Assembly (NCBI GenBank): GCA_000934665.2 | Contig: JYFJ02002956.1 | Coordinates: forward strand, 1-48,426 | DNA: 48,426 nucleotides | Direction of reading: 5' to 3' | From: Catajapyx aquilonaris | Lineage: Eukaryota | In this document: in pieces, positions 1 to 12,540 of the stretch | Layout: each line of letters begins with the position of its first letter | Numbering within the stretch: the first letter of the stretch is position 1 | Notes under the pieces: model-generated | The model's database searches: none | The model's input: the letters and a program-made list of their open reading frames with translations, nothing else | Told to the model about the DNA's origin: nothing | Position numbers and translations under genes: made by a program

Positions 1-500
1 TGCGTCGGGAAAATTCAGCTTCAGTTGTCAGGTAACAATGTTCAAATGGGTACCGTATTGCTGCTCGTATATAGGTTTTTTCCCCCCTCCAATTATTCAC
101 CTTGCTTTTTCCCCGCAAGCGTTATTCACAAAGGTGCTCCCACACTGAAGTGCGCTTCAATCTGAGCTAACCTAATATTGCCCCACTTATATCATGTTTA
201 CTGTGCTGCACCCAGAAAGTACTCCCCCCTCTAATTCCACGCATGCATCACCGTAAATTGTTTACCGGCCGTTTTAGCAGCAGTCTTCTGTGCGTTCTAA
301 AATGTAATTGGGTCGCTTTCCCCTAAGGGTTCTTTGTCACGCTAAACAAATTAGTCGTCGCTCAGAGGCTAAACAGAAAGGAGGAGGAGAGGGGGGGGGG
401 GGAGGAGCTTTTAAAAAGTGGCCATAAAATGACCAACAATACTCGCAAGTATCCGCACGCAGCTTGTCACAAAGCGAGAGCTTACACTGTAGATACATGA

Positions 501-670
501 GGTGATCTGGTACAGTGGGTAATGCGCCAAGCTTTTCACTCGGAAAGTCCCGGGATCGATGACGGCGGCAAGCTACCGTGAATCCGTGACCAGGCCAAAG
601 ACCGGATCGTTCCTAATGCAATATTACAAGCCGCAGGAAGTCTTATGAAGTGTGAATAAAAATATAAATA
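501..670 (+). mobile_element. Degenerate tRNA-derived SINE-like element
   Basis: Pol III A-box-like TGGTACAGTGG (508-518) and B-box-like GGATCGATGAC (553-563) at tRNA-like spacing, no clean cloverleaf, followed by ~100 bp body and A-rich tail (aataaaatataaata). Confidence 0.45.
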
Positions 671-689
671 GAAGGGTCCGTGCGGACTA

Positions 690-1633
690 TATACTTGCTC
701 TGATCTGAAAATATTGGGACACCCCCAAAAAATGGAGTGGTGGGGTTATACACAGGATGTGATAAAAAGTTTCCATTAAGATTATCTGGACTTTAGAATG
801 GATAATTATGAATAGTAACATTTGAGCTAGGAGGATACCAAATATGAAGTTAATTTGACAGTTAACAACTGAAATAAATACGATTATACCTTGGACAGTG
901 AATTTCTGTGGGGGTCTGGTATAAATTGCTGCCACTATGTTAATTTCTTACTTAGCGGGATGTAAATGTTGATAATGAACCTGAGGGGCCGCACAAACCC
1001 AAAAACAGTTATGACATTAATTACAAAAAATCTAGCACAAAAATAAAAAATATTTATCATGGCTTGCAGATATGCCATTTTCTGTGCATTTTTGAATTAA
1101 GGAATATTTAAAGCCATTTTACTTTAATTGCAATGAAATTTTTTATCATAGCACATTGGACTGAGTTCTAGATAAACAATACTATCACATTTTAATTTAT
1201 TAATAAATAACACCGTTAAATGTGGTACAGCCAAGTGTATCAATTTCTGAAAAAATCCACTTGCGATAAATATTTTTTTAATTTTGTGCTAGATTTTTTG
1301 TAATTAATGTCATAACTGTTTTTGGGTTTGTGCGGCCCCTCAGGTTCATTATCAACATTCACATCCCGCTAAGTAAGAAATTAACATATTGGCAGCAATT
1401 TTTACCAGACCCCACAGAAATTCACTGTCCAAGGTATAATCGTATTTATTTCAGTTGTTAACTGTCAAATGAACTTCAAATTTGGTATCCTCCTAGCTCA
1501 ATTGTTACTATTCATAATTATCCATTCTAAAGTCCAGATAATCTTAATGGAAACTTTTTATCACATCCTGTGTATAACCCCACCACTCCATTTTTTGGGG
1601 GTGTCCCCATATTTTCAGATCAGGGCAAGTATA
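690..1633. mobile_element. Non-autonomous DNA transposon with ~370-bp terminal inverted repeats (foldback-type, TA-bounded, Tc1/mariner-like)
   Basis: 690-1058 is the near-identical reverse complement of 1265-1633 (tatacttgctctgatctgaaaatat... / ...atattttcagatcagggcaagtata); ~206-bp AT-rich spacer; TA at both ends; no transposase ORF. Confidence 0.85.
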
Positions 1634-4600
1634 TCGGCCTGCGGTACCGATTGCTGGGTGACGTGGTCAACAACAAAAAATTAATGCAAAAACGAGATTT
1701 TTTTTTTAAACGTTCAGGCAAGCCGATGGACGGGTTTTTCAAATGAGATCTATTCATCAATGTCTGTCAGAATAATTTTCGCCCTAAAATCACTCATCCG
1801 GAGTCCATCTTTCACAACCGTAAATAGGGAACGAAAGACTGTAGCGTGCAAAGTAAAATTGGACATGATTTTGCGACCGATGTTATTATCGTCAACATCA
1901 GCATCAATATGATGATTATTAACATAGCACTTTCTTGTTTGTTCAGCAATCAGCTGCAGTGCTGACTTTTCCATTTATGCCGCTGTCAAACCTTTTGCAA
2001 TGCCCCTGCATCGCCGTCCCAATGCGGCAGAGCCACAATGCAGCAGCACTCTGTTATTTCAACACCTCTTCCAATTGGAAACTTAAAACCACCGACGGAG
2101 CTTGTTCTCATCGCAGTCTCCTGGAGGGGCATGACGCGTTCCCCTTGGGAAGAGTTTGGCGTTTCAAGACCTTCCAGCAGTGGGAGGATGGCTATTTACA
2201 CGTGAAACCCCATGGCAGTTTTATAGATAACACGATTCAACTCTAAAAAATTGTGCGTCATCAACCACTGCCTAGACATGGGAGGTGAATAAACTTAATC
2301 ACGCCATTTTTATTGAAGTAATATTATTAGCAACAAGTCCTCAAATAAATTTCAGGGTGCCACGCCGAAATCAATCACGTGGAACAGGCACTTTCATCAC
2401 TTATTCACTTAACAGTATGGTGCAAAATCCTAATTTGATGCTATGCATCCTACGTGATTACTCTGCAATCTAGATTGATGTTGAAGATGCTAATGAACAG
2501 CTGGAGTACTTTTTTTTTTTTAAACCAAGCCATGCCTTTTTCGAAGCTAATTGGCTTTACAATTCCAATGCGGCCAATGAATTCAGATTACTACCTTATT
2601 TTTTTACATACAAATTATGCTTGGTTTCACTCTAAACGGTAACTCTGGTATAAGCTGCAACATTGCATTTTGCAAGTTCCAAAGTTTCAATTTATTTCCA
2701 ACTATCGATCTGTCATTAATCACACGAACGATGTTTCTATAGTTGGTGTGCGGTAGAGAGACCACACCCATTTGTCCAATTGCACCACTATCGACATACA
2801 AACAATTCCACAACTCACACAGATGGTCCGACTAAATTTGGTTCCTCTTTTCACAAAATCCGATATGGCTCACATGCAAATGCAAATACAAAAGTGCTGT
2901 AGAAACACGGTAGGCTATATAGTGTTTTCTGAGCGCAATGACTCACCAAATTCAATCAAATGATGCAAAGAAAATTACCCTGAAATGAAAAGTGTCACTC
3001 ATGCCTATATATACTGGTTGCACCAATGATGATAGTCCAAGAATTAGTTACCAATCGTTACTTATTATTTGGCAACCAATTGTAACATTGCAGGTACTTC
3101 TTCATTGCACAGTATATGCCTTTTTTCACAAGGTCTGCAAAGCATTGACATGATCTGAAAATTACAATTTCCACTCTGCAAAATGCTCACTGCCAGAAAT
3201 GAATTGAAGCACAAAGAGCAAGCCTTATATGAAAAGAGTAATCTCAAAAATTCCCGTTTACTAAGCACTCAATGAGACATACTAAATGAGTGCAGAGCGC
3301 ATGCCCTACATCGAGTAATATTCTGACATCACAACCGTGCGTTTAACGCCATCTGTGCCGACGATAGGTTCTCCGAAAGTTCGTTCTAGAAACAGGAGAT
3401 GGCGTGAACTATAGTCTTTACACGAAAAAGCCCTATTAATATACCAGAGGCATGAAATTTTGATCGTATTGTACTGTACAGTACCATGGCACACTGTGAC
3501 GCCGATTGCATCACCACTTTTGATTCGCTGCTGCGATGGAACAATATTTGCAGCCATATATGGATCGGCATAACCGTATCTCAACATGTTATTGGTTTAT
3601 GTACAGTTCAAACTGCCAATTGGTCAATCCCAGTCTGAAATCAAAGACGACACAAATCGAAGCAAACTTCTCGTGGTCATATCACGGCAATTCCAATTTA
3701 CATGTTTAGTCCACTGTGCACATTTCATCGTAAATGGTGGTCGCTCAAATTACAAAATGGTAAACAATCCAGTGAAGTTCTAATTTTTTAAACAGCCCGT
3801 CCGGCGTCATCGTGGTATTTATAAGACCCTTGCATTTCCGAAACGAAATGATTTAGCTCGAGAAACATTCCCCGTTACTCTCGCGGACTGACGAAAGGGG
3901 AACAATTACAATGGGAGTATAAATTCTCATAATATATCATACAGTATATAACTCAGGCAAGTTCGTCTTGAAATTCTCAATGAATCTAAATTCGGGAGTA
4001 GTAGCCAGTACAGAGCAATGCAATTACATACCCCCCCCCCCCATACGCTGCGCCATTTATATAATATACTGTATATATATACAGTATATAAAGAATAAGT
4101 TATGGCCAAAACTGCTGACGCTATAATCATTATAATCGTCAGCACCTGAGTGTTTTTCTTCTCACTACGTAGTTTCTTCATTGAGAGTGCACTGTTGGTT
4201 GCATTGCGCCAGGATATATGCATTGGGCTGATGGCTGAAACTTTTCTTGACGTCAACTCATCCACATTGCCATCAAGACATGTCACACGCGATGTCCAAC
4301 TTAAGCCCCAACGGTGTAAATCAGCTGATTTACACCGTCACGTCCAGCGGACTAGTCCTCTAGACTTTGATCTCTGCCTGGAAATTAAATTCCAGGGGAT
4401 TCTCCGCTCATGATTCCAAGGGAGCCATAAATTTCCAGTCTCGGTATCCGGGTCAACAGAAAGTGCGGATTCCCGCAGAGGCGCGGTCTTCTCCGCGCGA
4501 AATTCAAATCTGACGCTCTCTCCCTGCAGGTATAAACCATGCAGCCAAACTGTATACTCAGTTTCGGTGGGGGGGAAAAGAAACCTACACCCTGCAGAAA

Positions 4601-6625
4601 ACCGACCATTACTACAACACCCCCATAAAAATCTGCTAAAACAATCCCACGAATCGCTGCCGGAAAAAAGAGGGAGTCCCAAATCCACAAATATCGTGAC
4701 CGCACAGCGTGTAAGCTGATCACAGTAATCAACAACAATCGCAAGCACATCTATTGGCATCCGACACGACGAGGTCATCGTACCCACTTCTGACCCACAA
4801 AAAAATGCACATTTTCTCTCTCTCTCGTATATGAAACTCAAAAGAACCGCCTGTGTTGAGTACCGCGAAATGATCCATTGTATATATGCGCCCCGTGCCT
4901 GGCACTGCTGCCAATCTACCACCTAACAGCGTTTGCTAAAAAGGCCTTACAGAAACACGATCCGCGTTCGTGTTGGTGCCCCTCCCTCATGCCCCATTTC
5001 GTATTGATTCCCCCGTACCCTGGTTTCGGGCAGCAGGCGCCCATCGGAAGGGCGTCGCTAGCGTCGCTGACTCCGGTGGTCAGAAGGGCCGCATCTCCAA
5101 GGACCACAGGATCCTCCGGATCCTCCGGGATGGACTCCGGATGGTTATCATGAGTCCCGTCGCATTTCCGGAGGGAGAGTCGCAAGCGGAGACGCCCTAG
5201 AGGTGCGACCTTGGAGGTACTCTCATTGGTGGGTGTGATTTACCGACTCATTTCACGCGGGGGAAAAAAAATATACCGAGTGTGGGTCGGTATCCAGGTG
5301 GCCAGTACTGGTTTTAGAACCGCACTTTTTGCACGTTTCAAGCGGCATTTTAAAATGTAAAGAGGTTCGGATGCAGTTCACTGGACTGTTGAAATGTCAG
5401 TATTGCTGCATGTCTGTGCTAACTGCCCATTCTGTTGATAAGGCGAGACTGCATACCATCGCATGGCCATGCAAGTGCGTTCTAAAATCTGGCCTGTGTC
5501 TTTCACAGAGCGAGTGACAAGTAGTACGTGAGTACGACCCTAAACTTGAAAGCTGTTCACGAGTGCAGCTGATCTGCCATATCGACTTGCACACACTAGT
5601 ATAGTAACACTGGCAATAGTAATAATTACACAATGAGCCATAAACCCACTGCACAAGTACAGAAGTGGACATAAAACATTTTCTTAGTAGAATATTCTAG
5701 AAACTTCTGGTTAAAACTGTCTCAATGTGTTTGTCTTTATAGATGTCATTTTGAAACGTTTATCAATGCCTGTTGCAGACGTGGGGCACTGTATACACAT
5801 GGTGGGGATTTACATATCCTGGGCTAAGTTATCACCTAGATTTCGGTGTATTAATCAAACGCCGCATAGTTATTAATAGATCAGTGTTGCACCATGTCGC
5901 ACCTTGTTCTCAGGCGCAATTTCTGCCATTATTCAGTCAATACCAATGAATTGTGCATGGATCAAGTCGACCTGCCTAATTGAACCATTAGCCGTGCTAA
6001 CAAAGTTTCCGCTCGATACTTCCCGCATAAGGCAAATGAAACGTGCTTGCTCTGTGTGCACAACAACATATTGATGCCCTCAACACCACCCTATCATCTG
6101 AGACGGTGCAAAATGGCAATAGCTCGCCCCCCAGCAATTTTAAAAGTGCTGGGAGAGGTTAACCCTCCATTACCACGCTTTGCAATCCACCCACCTAACG
6201 CAAATCATTATACGTCATGTTCTTGGAAGCCATGTCCCCTCCTCTCTGACGTTTCCTCCCCTATGACAACACCTATCCCCAGTCAGAGAGACATACCCGC
6301 TGCCTACATTCACAATAGTGGGCGGCATGTAACGATCTGGCACCACCATGCCTACTCCCCTCCCCCCCCCCCTACCCAGCGAAAAAACCGCCGACACACC
6401 GCCGTCGCGTGGCGCAGTAGTGACGCCGTCCTTCGACGTCGACGCCCGGGTAGAAACGGCGCCTATTGATTCTGTCCGTTCGTAGGGCTGCGCAACTCTG
6501 CGCCATTTTGCTCCCAGCAGCAGAAGGCCCGAGAAGGTTCCCTCCAGTCCCACAAAAATGTGTTTAACAGTGTCCTAGCGACATGTCCTAGTTCTGGTAG
6601 CCCACGGTGCTGAAGAAGCAAGAGG

Positions 6626-7999
6626 ATGGGCAAGCCGGAGCCGATAGACGCCGCCTTTGGCACGGACAAGCGGTTCTGCTGCACCCTGTGCTTATGCCAG
6701 ATGGTGGCTGTCCTGAGCGCCGTGTCGATGGTGTACCTGGCCGTGGCCATCTACGCCCCGTCCATGCGGGCACTGGACTCGGCCATCAACGAGGAGCCGG
6801 TCATGTGCTTCACGACCGCCAACACGGTGCTGAACCAGTGCAACGTGACGCCCACATGCGGTGAGTGGTGTCTGTCCAAGTCTGCTGGCAACTGCACGGT
6901 GGTTCAGGTGCTGGTGAGGCAGAACGGGTCCAACCTGCAACTGGAGGAGTGCACCGACGTGTTCGAGAAGGAGTGCGAGATCCTGAAGCTGAAGGACGAG
7001 GACATGGTCAACTGCGTCAAGGACGGCTGCAAGGAGCTGACGGGCCAGTACAACTGCACCAAGGGCAAGTGCCACGACTACACCACCCGGCTGCAGTGCA
7101 ACCACCAGAGCAGCCCCGAGTGGGAGACCAAGAACTGCCACAAGACGCCCCGGGTCTGCCGGAACATCGATGGTCTGATCGAGTGTTCCCACGGGATCTG
7201 CACTCACATCGGGGAGCCCTACACGTGCGAGAGGAGGTGCATCGACATCGAGGTGGTCAAGAAGAACGTCATCATCCTCCAAGGGGACTACTTCCTGCTA
7301 GCCAAGTGCAAGCGGGTCGTCTCCATGGACACCAACGAGACCATCTGGGAAGACAGCAACCCAAAGAACCTGATGGTCTCCTGCTATGACACCGATCTGC
7401 AGGACAACCGCACCACCGTCAAGGCCTACGACTGCATCAACGGAACCCTGCTCTCGCCCGACATCTTCGGCGGCAACTTCACCAACCTGACCATGATGAT
7501 GAACACGTACTTCAACAGCAGCGAGCGCCTCACTCGACCTGAGGACCAGCTGACCGCCGTCGAGGACCCCAACGGCGTCACCGACATAGACCGTTACCCG
7601 ATCCGGATGGAGCAGGAGCTCATCATATACAACAACACCCAGCTGAGAATCAACATCGAAGGGTGCGTCAACAGCCTCCGGAACGAGTGCGAGGGCGTCC
7701 TGGAGACGTACGGCAGGGACGGTACGCAGCACAGCGCAGCAGCACGGTACCCATGTCACTACAGCGCAGACGATCCGTCCTTCGTCGTGCTGCGCTTCAG
7801 CAAGCAGGCTGTGGTCATGGAGCTGATGATCGGCTCCATCCTGCCCATATCCCTCTTCGTGGTCTCCTGCTTCACCCTGGTGGTCTGCTCCAAGACGGTC
7901 ATCATCACAGACGACGGTCACTTCAAGTGCAAGTACTGCATGGGAGACGAGCTGGAAGGGGCGGCCGGCGTCAACGGCGAGAGGGCCATGGCCCTGTGA
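6626..7999 (+). CDS. TEH3: TipE homolog 3-like sodium channel auxiliary subunit (457 aa, intronless CDS)
   Basis: Two TM helices flanking a long Cys-rich loop; motifs CGEWCLSK, CERRCIDI..KNVIILQGD, DCINGT, INIEGCVNSL, YGRDGT, RYPCHYS and C-terminal MAL match recalled insect TEH3 better than TEH4; strong GC3 codon bias; AATAAA near 8083. Confidence 0.88.
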   Translation: MGKPEPIDAAFGTDKRFCCTLCLCQMVAVLSAVSMVYLAVAIYAPSMRALDSAINEEPVMCFTTANTVLNQCNVTPTCGEWCLSKSAGNCTVVQVLVRQNGSNLQLEECTDVFEKECEILKLKDEDMVNCVKDGCKELTGQYNCTKGKCHDYTTRLQCNHQSSPEWETKNCHKTPRVCRNIDGLIECSHGICTHIGEPYTCERRCIDIEVVKKNVIILQGDYFLLAKCKRVVSMDTNETIWEDSNPKNLMVSCYDTDLQDNRTTVKAYDCINGTLLSPDIFGGNFTNLTMMMNTYFNSSERLTRPEDQLTAVEDPNGVTDIDRYPIRMEQELIIYNNTQLRINIEGCVNSLRNECEGVLETYGRDGTQHSAAARYPCHYSADDPSFVVLRFSKQAVVMELMIGSILPISLFVVSCFTLVVCSKTVIITDDGHFKCKYCMGDELEGAAGVNGERAMAL

Positions 8000-9176
8000 A
8001 TTTCCTACGTACTGTACTGCGTGGAACTGTATACGGTGGTGCGACGGTACACCCTTGTTATTCGATACACATTCGAAAAAGTAATAAAAATAATTGCGTT
8101 CCCGTGCGTGACTGGAACTGACCTCATACTCATATACAGACATTCCGTGCAAATCGATAGTCCTTCCTGTGGCCTTACCATAATAGTGGAGTGCTTCACC
8201 GTTTCATTTCTTTTTGTTTAAAAAAAAACTGCAACGCTTTATCCCCCCACCACCCACCCCACACCTCTAGATAATTAACAGCCTGATATTGACTGAATAA
8301 TGTAAGCGCAAAGTTTGTCCTACTTGCTTAGTTGTCATAGATATGCAACTCTCCGTGTCACATTCTGGTAACTTTTATCCGCGTTTCGCAAGATGAATGA
8401 TTCATTCATCATTATACTGTCGCATGCACCCGAACCGAATTGGCGACGGATTGTACTGATACACCTACGCAGTGCAGTCCTTTCGGTTCAAACTTTCAGT
8501 CTCTTACATAGGCCCAGAGTGACATTATAAAGAATTTCACGCGTTCAGTGAAAGCTTGTTTACGTTTCTCGTTGTACAGAACATGAAATAAAGCGCTGTT
8601 TTTTTCTAACTCATTAGTTTTGCAGCTCATTTTGCACGAGTAACAGCTAACAAGTTCAATGAGGGTTACTTTGCATAATATACATTTTTGCAAATCACTT
8701 CCGCTCATTTTAATCCATGGCTCTTCAGAGCCCTCCGCGCAGCTCCTGTGCTGTCTCATTGCCTAACTTCCAGGATGAACCATTGTGCTTAATCCTATAT
8801 AGAATTTGCAGCATTTTCTCTTTGCAATCATAAACCAAGATACGAATTCAAAGGCTACCAACAAATGACACGGACAGCTGCTGTAGATATGCACCTCTGT
8901 TGACCAATGCGTTCACGTGTTTATTTATTTCCATTTCAGATACTCGATCGTCGAGTCGTGCCCGGCACACACAATTGCTCCGCCCTTCTCTTCGGAACAC
9001 ACGCCTCGCCAGCAACGACACCTTCGATCCGATATAAGAGAGCCATACCTCGATCACGCCACATTTCATCGCTTTCGGTCACTCTTGTGCTGCGTACGAG
9101 TGCATGCCTGCGTGAGTGAGTGTGTCAAGTTCTCCCCCACACATACCACCACCCTCCCCCCCAAATCCCATGAGTC

Positions 9177-10116
9177 ATGGGGCTGGACCTGGAGAAGTAC
9201 AAGGAGAAGTATATCGACAAGTACAACGAGTGGAAGGTCCAGGCCAAGTGGTACGTGTCGGTATGCCTGGGCACAACCGCGTGCTTGTCCGTCTTCGGCT
9301 TCCTCTTCCTGATCCCGTTCGTCGTGGACCCCTCCATCTCCACCCTCCTGGCAGACTTCGATCCCACCCCGGTCTCCTGCAAGACCACCGACTTCCAGCA
9401 GTTCGAGGGCCTCAAGAACTGCAACTGGAGCTCGTGTAGGGAGGGCTGCACCGCCGCTCCAACCAAGTGCGCGCAGATCTGGGTCAGCTACAAGAAGCTT
9501 CACTGGGACAACGACTCGATGGACAAGCTGCCCAGCCACGATGACCCGGACTCCTGGGACCTCAACAACCTCGAGCTATACATCAACGCCAAAGGGTAGG
9601 GGCCTCAGCTCGTGGCCAAAGTGTCAATTGCGCTTTTTTTTTTGCCAAATGTCCAGGTGTCTCTGAAGGATTCGCCAAAATACCACCTCCTCCGGTTTGT
9701 TTCATCCTGGCAAGATGCAACCCAAAAAAACACCGCCTCGCATTATGATATTTTGAAACCATCAGATCTGAATCTTCCGCAGGTGTGGCTACCCGCCAAG
9801 GACCAACTGCAGCATATTCACAAAGAAGTACATGAGCATCGGCTACGCCTACCCCTGCTACTACTCCAGAGCATCCCCACGACTGGTAGTGATAGACTAC
9901 AGTTGGAGCGAGGCCTTCTACCCGCTGCTCTTGGCCCTGGTGGTGCCCACGGCCCTCTTCGGCTTCTCGGTGGGTCTCCTGGCGTACTGGTACTGCCCGA
10001 GCTGTGATGAGCAGGACCTGCACCATGACGACGACGACGACGACGATGACGACGACGACGACGATGACGAGGAGCACATGGTAGACCAGTCCAACGCGTC
10101 TGCTCTAGATCAGTGA
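9177..10116 (+). CDS. TEH2: TipE homolog 2-like sodium channel auxiliary subunit; exons 9177-9595 and 9783-10116
   Basis: CLGTTACLSVFGFLFLIPFVVDPSISTL, NCNWSSCREGCT, spliced INAKG|CGYPPRTNCSIF, YPCYYSR, GLLAYWYCPSC match recalled insect TEH2; GT-AG intron 9596-9782 restores frame. 3' end may be alternatively spliced. Confidence 0.88.
10024..10074 (+). repeat. (GAC/GAT)n coding trinucleotide repeat encoding a poly-Asp tract in the TEH2 C-terminal tail
   Basis: catgacgacgacgacgacgacgatgacgacgacgacgacgatgacgaggag read directly. Confidence 0.9.
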
Positions 10117-12540
10117 GTGCCCCAAAAACTACAAAACATCATGGTCGTCTACGTTGTTCCCGACGTGTCCCAATGGGCCACCCCAAGTGAGCACACTAAA
10201 GCGAGCCTTGCACGCTCTTTGCACGTCATTATTAACATTTTTTGATACATTCAACAATACGGTTTGTTCCTTTCCCTGTGCTTCTTTTCCCCGCCTTGCT
10301 AATCTATGGGGAGACTTCAAAAGGCCAATGAGGATCATGTTGTGCTCCATGAAACTTCTATGTCCGCACACACGTATTACTTGTTTGCCTCGTGAAATTC
10401 TCTTGTCGTGAGACAGTGTGATAATAATCGTGCAGTCACTATGATTGTAACTGTTTCCTAACATGTCTGGCAAAAAATGTTGCATCTGTTGTCACTATCA
10501 TCTCAGCAAACATGGTAATTTTACATACCCTGCAAAATGCCCTTTACAAATGTCTAACCAAACAATCAAGCATACAATGCATTATGCACATTATTAACTC
10601 ACACTTCTCAAAATGACTGATGTTGAACATAGGGTAATGCAACAGCGTACCGATGACAAGGCATTTAAATATATGCTTGCATTGAAAAATGGGCAAAACA
10701 CAACCTGTCACGAGTACTGGACATACAAAACAAATTTAAATATCAGTGACATAAGTAGCTGCAGCTGAATATACCAAAATATGCTTTTGCATGATTAGGA
10801 TCGATTGTCAGTCTTCAGTGCAGGGAATCTAAGAAAACAATACATATTTTGCCAGATGACAATGCAAAATTCACAGGTTTTGAAGATATTTGTATGACAC
10901 TGTATCCCAATAGCTGTGTGTTTCAAGCAGATAAAGCGTACGCCTATTGTGAACTTGAAACACTGCAACAATTGGATCTCGACAATGCATGAACACCCAG
11001 TCGAGACACTGCCAGCGCATTTTCTAGAAATCACTGTAACTAACATGGTCTCTGTGTTGACAGTATCGCTTCCACCTGCACCAGTAGTACGCAAGACACT
11101 ATCAACACCATGCATGTTTGCACAGGATCCTGTCCCAGATTTCATGCCCTGCATTCAATTTACCTCCGCAGCAATTGGAGCAGCTCACCCCTTCTGAGGA
11201 GGGTGCGACACTCTCCACACTGCTCCCTCAAGAGTCGAGCCAGGAAATGAAGAAATTAGCTCTATTCCCTTCCCCTCATAATTCTATGCATTCAAAGGAC
11301 CCCAGACATTCCGCCTATCTTCCATCCACCTGTCCCTTTTTTTAAAGTTTAACAAAAGAATGCGCCTAAAATAGCAGAAAATGCGCCACACTCCCTCCAG
11401 CACATGGCTCCAAACCATATCGTAATTTCCAAAAACACCCATTACTTAGTGCAATCATAGTTTCCTTTTCCAGTCCAGTCCAGTCGTAGACAACTTTTCC
11501 GATTTCCGTAGGTTAACAGTCCATGCGGTTCCCAGTCTGGTGCCCACTTCAGATAAGAATACCAGTTGTCACACTCTTTTTGACATCCTAGTGAGATGGT
11601 AGGGACTGCTACTACGACAAGGCTCCATTTGCCCTCTTTTTAAACTCTCAGATTATACTTGCAAAGGTTTGGTATGGACCTTTAAAGAAGTAAAGTGCCC
11701 TGATGTGTGTTGTTCAGCAAAAGGAGAGTCCAATTGTGAAACCCAATTATACCCCCTGCGCTGCACCTCCGGACAATTTGTATTCCTAAAGTCTTGTTTG
11801 ACACCATGTACATATAATGATTTTTCTGGTCTTTGGTGCTAACATTGTTAATTATGACCCCCCCATTTTACTCACATTGCTGTTCATATTCCTCACCTCG
11901 TGTAAATGACTCCGTACTTTTTTTGTCATTGTGTTACACTCATTATACATAAGAGAGCGGTATGTATGAGGCTTTGTTACTGAATAAAGGATGCAGTCCT
12001 CAAGAATAACATGCGATATGTGAGATGTCATTTCTCTCCACACAGCGAAACTTGGTAAATTCAGCATCAGAATAACTGTTAAATGCACAATCAGGAAGTT
12101 TGCCACCTGAGGTAATTGAAGTTAGGCAGGGCATAATCCATCATAATTTATTTATGACATGCAGGGGCTTCTGGTTAGATTTTTAATCTGCCAGTCTACA
12201 ATAACTGCACAAAATTTGCATGCAATTTTTAAAATGTATTTCATCCCTGAATTAGCAACAATACTTTTAGATCAGTGCATGCTTGTGTGTGTCAGTTCTC
12301 ACAGTTTTGAATTCATGATAAAATAAAGGTTCTACTTTAATTAATGGTAATAAATAAAAATCAACATGATAAACCATGACAATATAGGACCTGCCATGAC
12401 ACCACTCATTCAGAAGGGCAAAAACCTTCCTCTGATCATGCCATGTAACATGCTACTAACAGTTCCTGTTTGACCCTATTCAAAATGAGGCCAAGTTTCA
12501 CTGTGCCACATGCAACAAAATTATAACAACTGGCACCTAC

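Noticed and set aside
378..407. GGA repeats plus poly-G run as a G-quadruplex element
   Set aside because: Similar homopolymer runs recur across the window; no evidence of function.
501..580. Possible functional tRNA gene
   Set aside because: Acceptor and T stems do not pair and the B box is degenerate; treated as SINE-like.
687..1684. Two near-identical hydrophobic ORFs (687-935 minus, 1469-1684 plus)
   Set aside because: They are the two arms of the inverted repeat, not duplicated genes.
1750..3600. Short ORFs as the missing last CFAP298 exon or a transposase
   Set aside because: None contains the expected CFAP298 C-terminal motif or a DDE signature.
6588..8152. Long overlapping ORFs on both strands over TEH3 (e.g. 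7298-8152 minus, 284 aa)
   Set aside because: Shadow frames caused by extreme GC3 bias; no independent protein features.
9066..10077. Antisense ORFs over TEH2, including a poly-Val stretch
   Set aside because: Reverse complement of the TEH2 CDS and its GAC repeat.
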